Origin: Microthyrium microscopicum
Lineage: Eukaryota
Direction of reading: 5' to 3'
Assembly: GCA_010405405.1 (NCBI GenBank)
Contig: MU004245.1
Span: 189,256-253,255, forward strand
DNA length: 64,000 nucleotides
In this document: positions 12,470 through 22,761 of the stretch, one piece after another
How the letters are laid out: each line of letters begins with the position of its first letter
How positions within the stretch are numbered: the first letter of the stretch is position 1
Program-made: the position numbers and the translations under genes
Notes under the pieces: model-generated
Seen by the model: only the letters and a program-made list of their open reading frames with translations
What the model was told of the DNA's origin: nothing
The model's database searches: none

Positions 12470-13312
12470 TCATTGGAGTTTACGACGAGTCTTCATGTTA
12501 TATCGATCTCCAGCCGACAGTAAGTAATAAGGTTTCTCACCAGCCTGATACTTCCGAGTATTATCATGAACCGCAACCTTCGCCTTTCCCATCACCTGAA
12601 AATTGTCGCCCTCAACAATAATAGCAGTTCCCTCCGAAAGCCCGATGCCCAGCAAGTTTGGATACTTGGCTATGACAGGAATAAGATCGTCCCAGCGATT
12701 TCGAGTATTGATATGCTGATCGATAGCCGACCTGCGCAAGAATGCAAATCCTTTTTGATGATTTGCCTCCTTTGTCATCACAATCTGCGCTCCAGCTGTA
12801 TCCCCACGAACCAGATATTCACCTTGAATCGTCGCTCCCGCCGAACTACCGCCAATCGTGCCGCCGCGATCGAGCAACTTGTGGAACTCGCTATAAGTGC
12901 GCGTGCCCGCATAAGAATCGACGATATGCCATTGACGTCCACCGTCAAACCATATCGCATCCGCATCGCGTAAATCTTTAACAAAGTCTTCTGTGTCGGC
13001 AATTTTGGGATTATGCGTGTGCAGCATGTGCACTTTTTTGAGTCCCATTCGCAGCCAGGGCGCAATCACTTGCGAGCTATTGTAGACTTGCACGCTGCCA
13101 TCAGCGGCCCGGTTGCCGTTTGCGGTGGGTACGATGATGAACTTTTTGCTAGGCCCGCCTCCGAGGGAAATGAATTTTTCCATGATGCCTGTTCCGCCTG
13201 CATTGCCGCCTCCGATGATGACGAGTTTTCCACGCGCGGAGCCGTACTCTGGGTCGTCGGCGAGGGTGGTGCTGAAGAGCAGGCTTAGCCCGAACAGTAC
13301 TGGTATCCGCAT
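12470..13312 (-). CDS. Secreted cyanophycinase-like serine peptidase (family S51, class I glutamine-amidotransferase-like fold)
   Basis: Intronless; signal-peptide-like MRIPVLFGLSLLFSTTLA; motifs GKLVIIGGG, IVPTA, AIWFDGGRQW, nucleophile GGSSAGA, IDQHINTRNR, GIGLSEGTA (Ser-His-Glu triad positions). Confidence 0.85.
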   Translation of the reverse strand: MRIPVLFGLSLLFSTTLADDPEYGSARGKLVIIGGGNAGGTGIMEKFISLGGGPSKKFIIVPTANGNRAADGSVQVYNSSQVIAPWLRMGLKKVHMLHTHNPKIADTEDFVKDLRDADAIWFDGGRQWHIVDSYAGTRTYSEFHKLLDRGGTIGGSSAGATIQGEYLVRGDTAGAQIVMTKEANHQKGFAFLRRSAIDQHINTRNRWDDLIPVIAKYPNLLGIGLSEGTAIIVEGDNFQVMGKAKVAVHDNTRKYQAGEKPYYLLSAGDRYNMKTRRKLQ

Positions 13313-13488
13313 GGCTGACTTTTGAGGAATCACAATGGAAATCAGGTCATGAAGCAGCTGTGGGTACACAGAGGACTAGAAGAAATTCATTGTAGTATAA
13401 TGAGATTGCGGATCAGATATTGACCTACACCTAATCAAATTTTTAGATATCTATTTCCATTCTCACATCGATAATATCGATAGATTAT

Positions 13489-14016
13489 GATCGTTATTAA
13501 CCATCCACCCCAAAATCTTATTCATCCACCCCGGTTTTTATACTCTATATTGAAGCCCCAAAATAATGATTATCTATGATTTTAGAAGATTTTACTATAG
13601 AGTAGACTACGCTCTTCTATTTGGCTTTTTCATAATTCTTTTATCACTTATATTGAGGGAGTTATAGTAAATTCAAATATAGGTTAATATGTCAAGAGAG
13701 GATGCTGTTAAATTGTCCCCCTATCTAGATGTACTTTGCTTTGCCTTTTGTTAGGGATTTTGCGCTTTACTTAGAAGCTTCTGAAATTTTGAAAAAGCTA
13801 TTATCTTGAGTATCTCTATAGCTATAACTACGTTTCCTAGAATCTATTTTCGATATGTTTTGAAAGAGATAGGTTGGTAAAGGTCCCATAGTAAGACCTC
13901 AACGAGCGACGAGGCCACTGTTTAGCGAGAATAGCTACTATTTTAGTGAGAAAGGGTGGACAAATAAGATCAAGAGGTGGATAAGTAAGATTCTGGGTGG
14001 ATGGTTAATAACGATC
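13489..14016. mobile_element. Non-autonomous Mutator-like (MULE) element / MITE, 528 bp
   Basis: Terminal inverted repeats GATCGTTATTAACCATCCACCC (22 bp perfect, about 44 bp imperfect) at 13489 and ending 14016; identical 9-bp flanks ATAGATTAT at 13480-13488 and 14017-14025; AT- and TpA-rich interior with no ORF. Confidence 0.9.
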
Positions 14017-14652
14017 ATAGATTATTACAATTCGTTATAGGGCATTAGCGACTTTGAGCTGAAATTAAGTTAAGATTAATTTGTTATAGATAGTAGTAAG
14101 AATACTAATGTACCAACCCTACTGAGCATAGAGACAGCATAAATCAGAACCGAACATTGTAAAAGATGGTCTCTTGGACATCCTACAGTCGGCTCGAGAC
14201 ATACTAATTGATCTTGTGCTACGTTTGGACACAATCAACCCGTGAAGCTTGGGGAAGAGAAGCTCAGTCAAAGCGATAGATCAAGCATTCACGGGAACGA
14301 CTTCGAAATCATATTGTACGGAAGAATTTCATCGTGTCAGAGCCTCGGAAGCTGTCATTCGAAACCAAGTTTTAAGTTACTTTCAACGACAAGGAAACGT
14401 AGGGTGTTGAAAAGGAAGGATTAAAGAATATTCATCTGCAAGCAGCATGCAACGCGCTAAACGGAGCGATTGATCTATCGAAGGTTTGAAAAGCAAGAAA
14501 CATAGTCCACGGAATCTAAGCTTTAAACAGGTATGGTATGTAACAAGAGCGACCATCGTCGTCAGCCTCGAGAAAAAAATAGTGCTATGTAAACTCCCCA
14601 CCTAGTAACTAAGACGCTCGAGTTCAAAAAGAAGCGCATATGCGAAGAGAAT

Positions 14653-16544
14653 CTAAACAACCTTCTTAGGTGCCTCCGAGATCCGCTCAACGTCGGGCGA
14701 GTGGCCACCGTGCTCCATGATCTTGTGATTCTGGAGTCCGCGCACATTGTCTGGGTCGTACTCTGGGGTGCCTGGCACCTCGCCAGCGAGCTGCTCAAGG
14801 GTCTTGCGCTTGGTTTCTGGAATGAGCAGTGAGGTGAAGATACCGCAGAACATGAAGAGCGCGAAGATCTCCATAACGTGGTTGAGCCACGGCGAGGCTG
14901 AAGAACCCGCTGGTGCTCCGCGAGTGCGGAGAGGACCGATGAGGGCCTGAGCGAGAATGGCGCCGACCTTTCCAGATGCTGCAGAGATACCATGAGACGA
15001 AGAACGGTAGCGAGTGGGGAAGCATTCGCCAGGAACAATGAAAGTGGTCGAATTGGGGCCAAAGTTGAAGAAGAACTGAGCCAAAACGTAGAGAGCGAGA
15101 AGACCTTGGCCATTGATCTTGTGGAAGGCGAAACCGATGACGCTGAAAATGAGGGTGAGGATAGCAAATCCACCGATCTGAATTGGCTTGCGGCCAACGG
15201 TGTCGACTAAGCCAACTGTGAACCAGTAGCCAGGTATAGCTCCAGCGCAGACGAGAATAAGGTTGCCAGTAGCTGTGTTGTACAATTGCTGGTAGACAGT
15301 AGCCCCACCCGAATAACCGATTTGGCTGAGAATGACAGTGTTGTTCAAACCGAGACCGTAGAAGGCGACATCGAGTAGGAACCATGAGCCTGCTGTTCCA
15401 AGCAGAACCTTGCCGTTTCTCCATTTACCATAGTGAGTGAAGAAGTCTCTCCATGAGGCCTTGGGAATCATCATCTGAGGGGTATCATTCTGAATAGCCT
15501 TGACACGTTCGACCTCATCAGGAACACCATGGGCATCGCCTTGGAGGTATGCTTTAGCGTCAGAACCAGCCTTGACGATATCTCGAGCAACATCGAAAGT
15601 GTAACGTGGGGTCTCCGGGATAGTAAGGCGGTAGTAGAGAGCGATGCAGCCGGGGACAGCGCCGAAGCCGATAATGACACGCCACATCTTGTCTACAGCA
15701 AGACCGCAAACGCCGGTGCACTGATCAACGGTTTTCGCGGTCATGAGAGATTCCTTGAAGCCTGCAGTGACGATCATGGCCATAATTCCAGCGGCAAATT
15801 GGCCAATACCTTGCATAGCAAAGACAGAGCCCATCATCGCACCTCTCCATTTGGTAGTTGCGAACCTTGAAGATATTAGTTTGAGCATGGCTAATTGAGA
15901 TGTTATCACTTACTCAGACGTAATGATCGAAGAAAGCGGGTAGTCGCCCCCAATGCCGATACCCATAATCACACGCCAGAAGATGATTATACCGGTGATG
16001 GAGATGGCAGGAGAAGCAGCGGAAAGAGCTTGAGCGAGAGTTGCAAAAATGATGACCATAAGTTCAAGACCATACATTTTCTTTCTTCCGACAATATCGG
16101 CCATGATACCGAAGCCAACTTGTCCAATGACGGTACCCGCTGAAGTAGAGATCTTGATGGCAGTGTCGACCTCGGATGGAATCTTGCCCTTGTTACTGTG
16201 CTGGAAATACACAATTCCTAGCAAGTTGGTGACAAGACCAATGGCGAAGACTGGGACTCGGGTTAGATATACTGCAGTTGGGCTCATAAGGCTGACTCAC
16301 GATCATAGGCGTCAGTGAAGAAGCCGATACCTGCCACTACACAGGCCCGCACATGATACCAGCCGAAAGGAGCTTTGTCAATCTCCGCAAGAGCGAGACG
16401 GCGGCGCTCGTTGGGGTCCTAGATAGAAGTTAACATGGGAATTGAAGCTTATCACTGACGCAAACTTACAGCAATGTGTGCATAGTCATTGTGGAAGTTA
16501 TGGAAGGCCGCATTGCCTCCAGAAGTGTAGCCTGGAGTCGCCAT
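14653..16544 (-). CDS. PHO84: High-affinity inorganic phosphate:H+ symporter (MFS, Pho84 family)
   Basis: N-terminus [119 protein letters not shown]. Three introns near 16419-16469, 16252-16300 and 15867-15913. Confidence 0.93.
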
Positions 16545-18767
16545 GGCTCTCGAGTCGCGGGGTAGTCTTCAAAGCACGCAAGTAAAGTAAAGGAAAAGAG
16601 AGACAAGAATGAATTGATATGAGGATTCAGCAGAAGTCAGACTGTTGGAGGTTTGGGTGGTTTAAGAAGGGAGCATTTGCTGGAGTACACGAGTTTAGGC
16701 GTTTGTTGGGGGTTGCATGCGCCTCGACAGGCTGAAATTGTTAAAGGGTCTTGGGTGACATGCAAGCGAATGCAAGCCTCGTTGACACTAGAGTAAAGAA
16801 GGAAGCGAAGCACTGTTGTCCAGGCTGTCTATGGCACAAAGACCTGGTCAATATTCTTATTTTTTCTACGTTCAAGGATCTGTTGGAGTCTGAGGTTCCT
16901 TCTGGGCGGCACGGCATCTTCACGGACCTGTATCAAAATGCTTATCCCTGCTTATGATTTTCGACCAGGAGTGATATTGTCTAGAAACGTAAGACAACAA
17001 TAGCTGTAAATCACCCGTTCCTCCCGCCAAGACCTGGAGCATCTAGTTCATACTTGTCGGTCTAAGGAAAGCTAGCCAACGTCCAGCTTAGAATGATGCG
17101 GCACTCTGCCATATAATTCACGTCAAACTCATGCGGTTGTGGTTGTATACAGGGCATATAGAAGGTCAAGTAGAGATATAGGATCCACTATCAGTCTCAC
17201 TGTAGTGGCGGCTTCCGGATCGCGCACCTAACCGTTACGTGCTGCCAATTCCACCTTGCGGGATTCGTGGGCAATAGTGGGGTGCACTGACACATCCGTA
17301 AATCCCAACTACCAAGCAAATTCCAGGTCCCATAAAATCCTAGAAACCTCATGTCACAGAGGGGCATACAGTTCCTGGTCATTACTACGGTTTGACCGAA
17401 CAAAGTCAGCTCGCAATATATCAAGGGATGAGTGTCACTGGAACATTTTTCTCAGCTTGAACTATTACTGGTCATTCAGAAGTAACAGCCTGTTGATGTG
17501 ATCAGTCGCCGTTGGCCAATGAAGACAAGTAGACATGCTTGTAACTTTCCATGTCTTGTCAAGTTGTCCCAGGAAATCAGTCGATTCCTTGACCATTAAT
17601 GTGGAGAAGGAGGTAACTGACCCTGTGAACCAAATAGGAAGTTTTCTGGAAAGAAAGTGGAAGTAGTAGAGTTACATTGCATATGTTTGAAAATTCTTTT
17701 TGTATGTGGGCCAATATCAACTGTTACGATAGGAATATCAAGATTGATACTCTCACTGATGATTGAGCCAATCCGGAGCCACTAGCGGAGCATGACCCGC
17801 CCATATCCATATCTGACGTTATGGAGTAGTTGTAGCGGCCTCAAAATAAACTGACAATGTAGCGAGTGAACATGACTTCGCCATTCCCTAGCAGCCTCGA
17901 CTCCCTCAAGGTTTGCAGAGTCAGCCTTAAGAACCCGCATGCAAAGTGAAGATTCAACTGCGCATTTGATCAAAGACCCTTTCATATCGAGGCGCAGGAA
18001 CGATAGATGATCACAACCAATCATAAGCCCGAGCCACTCCACCGGGTCGCGGGAGTCTGTGCGCTCCTTCCGCCCCAATGCCCGTTAGAGCGTCCACGGC
18101 CATTTAAGTTTGCACGTTGCTCGAGACTCTCTCATAATTGGCCGATTGCTCTTTCCTTCCAGCCTCCAAATGCACAGACACCATCTCTCCCACGCTTGCG
18201 CTAACTTCAAATCATCAAAGAAATCTGCAGTACCAGTCCCATTTCTTCCATTCACAGCGTGTCTAGAGAGTCAAATTCTCGGAACATCTAGTGCTGCTAA
18301 CTCCTTTATAGTATCACTCTCACTAGGCTCTTTTTATGCATCTTTGCAGCTGCGCGTTCATCAGAAATCTGGTATCGCTGTGGCGCTTGCTTGGCAACTG
18401 ATAAGCTTCCCCTTCACATCAGTGACTTATCAAATAGCTTTCACGCCCTGCAATGCCGATAAATACTGAGAAGTTGCCATGATGGTACAGTTTCGAGTCC
18501 AGTGTGAAAGCAAAAAGTCGTTGGACTTCAGAATAGACTCACAAGTCTAAAAGAAATGCGTAAAATTGACTCTACCTACGATCAACAAGATAACAATAGG
18601 TATCTGACGCCCCGAGTTCACCATAACGCGGCCCAAATAGTACAGAAGCGATGACCAGGTACTCTGGAGGGCTGCTGAATTATTTCATGCCTTACAAATA
18701 CATATCCACTCCGTTCTGGTCTCTTTCTTGAGACTGGACATACCGGGTGCTACCATCTCCACAAAGC

Positions 18768-19403
18768 CTATTCGATTTCGAATAGATTTCGTTTCTTCAA
18801 GTTGACGTTGATAGTTACAGGTACGTTGAGGGAGATATTTGGCAATGTGAGTTGAACATTACCCAAGCAGACTTGTTTCTGTGAAAATCGTTAGCGAAGC
18901 TTTCCATTGGCAAAGATAAATGTCGTTTCATACTCCATTGTTATTGTTGCAGCATATAACAATCTGCTGACAGTCTGTAGTACTCTCCTCGCAATTATGA
19001 ACTAAAACCGTCTCGTCAGCACTGCGCATCTCCCAATCTCATGATAATACTCACGGCCATTACCGTCTGGGCTGCAGCAGAATGGAGTTCCAGTAGAGCA
19101 GTTGTTGCCTTGTGAATTGTAATCACCGACCCGACTCGAGTTGCCATTGGAATCGCTGTCCACAACGATTCCGCTTGGTGATGCTCCTGGATCAACGCTG
19201 GACGAGCTTGACGCGGCGTCTGGCAGTATGGTTGTCGTACTGGTTACAACAACCGTTGGGATTGACGAGAACGGTGCCGAACCACAGATAGTAGATGTTG
19301 AAGTCACCGTTATTGTTTGGCCGGTCACAAGCGAGAGGGCCAGAAGAGCCACGAAAGCCAGAAATGGCAAGGTGATGAACTGGAGGGGCGATTGTCGAGC
19401 CAT
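18768..19403 (-). CDS. Secreted hydrophobin-like protein (8-Cys pattern) with Ser/Thr-rich N-terminal extension, 175 aa
   Basis: Exons 19403-19055, 19001-18934, 18878-18768 joined by GT-AG introns give ...NCSTGTPFCCSPDGNGLHNCEESTTDCQQIVICCNNNNGKQVCLGNVQL...; pattern C-X6-CC-X9-C-X6-C-X5-CC-X8-C; hydrophobic signal peptide. Confidence 0.8.
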
Positions 19404-20867
19404 GATGTTGATACGGCACTATGGAGTAAGAAAGGTGTGCCTGAAGAATCGCTTCTTTGGTGAATGAATAAAGAGGAAAGGGTCCATTTCAAGGATGGGC
19501 GCGCATCGTTAAGGTAGTGAGTGATGCATCGTGGAATGCAAAACAACCACCGCGCAAACCGGTTGTGGAATGTACAGGGTCAACAAAACGCGCGTCAAGG
19601 CCAAAAATTACATAAATGTTTGGCCATCTGTTATATTGTTACGAAGCATTGCTCTTGCTGAACAAAATTCCTAAAGCAATTTCCTTCTGCCTGATAAATT
19701 TACATTTAATTTTCAAACACTCAGTGACGGTAGACACCTGCTGGCGCGTCAATTTGGTAAAACGAACAAAGAACACAAGAATGAGCAGTCCTAGCGTCCG
19801 AAATATTATGGCAATTGTCTCTTGCAATATCGACATTAATACAATGCGTCAAATACTCGGAACATTGTGTTACTGAAATCAATGTCACGCCGTTAATATT
19901 GTGCGAAGTTTTCGCAGTTTCGCTAGCTGATCGCCAAGTGATGCCAATAAAATCTTCTCGAAGTACATATCGCAAGCAAAATGAAGCTCAGAGACTTCAA
20001 GTCTTAGCCAACTTGGCCTTCTTGGAAATATCTTTGACATACAAGGCTGAAGCATCTCAGCCTTGTAGGTTGATATTCGACCCACTGATATTGGGGCTAA
20101 GTATCAGATATTTTCAAATCGGCCTTACCATCCAGACCAGGTTCGCTCGATGCCGGTAGGGTACCAGAAAGACCTTTGAAATTGAATGTCGCAACCAGTA
20201 CGTAAACCCCCACACGTGCTTGTCATGCAAATCCGTCTGTCTTGCACGCGTGGCAACCAAAGTTTTGAAGTTAGATCTCGTGTCACCGTGTGTGATTAGA
20301 TCACATTTATTTGCGCACCTGAATATATGCGCCTTTCAGACAGTCATAGAGATCGTTCCACCGTTATAACATGTCACGCCTCGATTATCACATAGTCTGT
20401 ATTTCGCCCAAACAGGGCGAGATTTGCTTGGCATCTGCAGTGAACCTTGAAGCATATTTGTTCCAGAATCAATCCAGCTGATCGGGATTACTGGCGGAAA
20501 CTAGTCGCAGACAGTTTGGTTGCTAGCAGGGTCTAGGTCCATCTACAGTCACTACAGCGCTTTTAGTCAAATATACATGACCGCTTTTGATTCTGATGAC
20601 TACCGCGACTACATTGAACCATATTACCTAGGTATGTATTGTATGAGATGTACCGCGTAATGTTGTCGATTAGCCTGTCAAGCTGTGACTCGGGTTAAAT
20701 CACGGTCAATATATTGCGATCTTAGCAAGCAACCTTGACTCTAGGGTTTGTCTCTCCTGCATGTATATCTTTCCAGTAACCCGGTCTTCGTTCATTATAA
20801 AGTAGCACCAAGCTGTCATTTCTCAAAAGTCAATTGAAAGTGACACGAAAACGACAAGACTCTATAT

Positions 20868-21454
20868 TTAAGCGCTTATAAAATAATAGTAAACAACATG
20901 TTCATAGAATAGTCCTAGAAACCACGAGAATGATACATTATCAAATTCCAGTTCCAAAAGCCATTTCTCGAAATCTCGGGTCGGATCATGAATTAGAGAG
21001 CAATTACCCATTAGTCCCAATCCCACAGATGCCAAAAATGCAGTAGTTCTGTAGTGAGGTTCTGCGGAACCTGGCCAGATGTCTAAAGAAGTTGCACGCC
21101 GTGCATATATCGTCTCTGATTCGTTTTCCACAACTTCCACCATGTACGGAGTACCATACATGCGTAAGTTCGTAAAGAAACTATTTAGTTTCCCGGCGCG
21201 ATCGCGTGCACGTCTTTGATCAGTGCCCGAGGTTAGCGAAGGAATTGGAATTGCATGAGGCGTCGAATGTCCTGTATCTGCTGTGGGGAGAACGCATTTT
21301 TCCATGTCAGGGGAAATGGGTTGGTGATACACCTTCCCGCTTTGGAGACGATGATTTTCGATAATGTAAGAGATGGCGTAGACCTCGACTTTGTTGAAAG
21401 CTTGTGAATTCGAGATCTTGAATGGCTTGGTGAGGCTCTATTGAGGTCTTGCAT
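20868..21454 (-). pseudogene. Possible orphan or frameshifted gene remnant
   Basis: Two overlapping ORFs in different frames (73 aa and 154 aa); no recognisable domain. Confidence 0.2.
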
Positions 21455-22269
21455 GTCAAGATTGATGATTTTGACTGGACGAATGTTATATGGTAACCTT
21501 CAAATCAAGGCGTCATGCTGTAATGTCGTCCGATCTCTCATTCAAACTCCGTTACCAATGATGGGTTTTCTTTGCCTGCTTATACAATATCAAATTATCT
21601 GAACCAACCTCCTTAGAAGTTAAGATTTTGTGGTCGATCTGAATTCATAATCTATGACTTTATGAGTTGAATGGTATTACTTATGAGAAGATTTTCTTGA
21701 AGCATGTGTGTATGTAAATACCATGATTTGTTGATGCAGGTCCCATGTCTCTGGTTCTTGGATCTACAGTTGCTGGTGGTAGTTGGCAATGATTCGCTCA
21801 AGCGCCGATCTGGAGTGAAAATCTGGAGTTCGATACACTGGAGGGATCGGTACTTGTAGATTGCAAATTATTTTAGATCTGGAAGCAACTGTCAAATAGG
21901 TTTCGGTGTGTTGAAAATTTCGGCCTTTCGAAATTTGTCTAAGAAATCATGCATAATTTAAAATCAGCTCATAGGCTAGCAATATCTTTTGCGGGAGATT
22001 TTGGAATTTTCCGTCGCAATTGAAGGACGCGACATAGTCTACTTCAGCGCTTCATACATCTTTGACCGAATACCTGGTTGAGGATAGCACATCCTCGTTT
22101 GCATGGAAGGGCCTGCAACCGTGGGATGTAGAATTATATGAAAAGTTTATTGCTTCTACCCTATCGGATTGGGCGAAGTGCAAAGATTTCCGCGATGTGA
22201 GTGACCTGGGTCTAGCGAACAAAACGCTGAACTAGACAAATCTTTATAGCAAAAGCATTGACTCCTCCA

Positions 22270-22545
22270 AGCCAAGGGACTGGCCGCTCCAATAACAAGC
22301 CTTGACAAGACGTGTGGGGATTTGGTGTTTTTTTGTAGTGCAAGAGTCCGCCACGTCTGGGTACGAAGACAGCACGACCCCTCAGCCAGCGAGAGCAACA
22401 CGTGGGCCCGGAACAGTGCTTGAGGAGAGCCTTGGAGAGCAGCGGCAGAAGCTTCATCGGCTGGCTTGGCCGCCCTCATCGAAGCTTCAACGCAACCTCG
22501 TAGCCATAATTGCGCCACATTTGTCTTGGTTTGTCTTGAACGTGC
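22270..22545 (+). promoter_or_regulatory. Candidate PHO-regulon (Pho4/NUC-1/PalcA bHLH) site cluster upstream of second phosphate transporter
   Basis: CACGTGGG at 22399-22406, AACGTG (reverse CACGTT) near 22539, further ACGT cores near 22310 and 22352. Confidence 0.5.
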
Positions 22546-22761
22546 ATAGCGCCATGGCTCATGGTGGGATATGGATGCATCTACCGCTAAGGTCTGGATG
22601 CGCGCAGGGATGACCTGAGAGAGCTGTCGTTCTTCCCCCCGGCTTGACACCATCTGGGATAAATACTCTGCTTACCTGCCGTTTCACCAAATCTTTTTTT
22701 CCTGAGATTGTCTTCATCTTCTACTAACTAGTCTTTCTTTCCCTCCCCCAAATCGCCCATC

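Noticed and set aside
13486..14019. Reading the MITE as a Tc1/mariner element with TA target duplication
   Set aside because: The inverted match extends into TAT/ATA, but a full 9-bp direct repeat flanks the element, which a MULE explains better.
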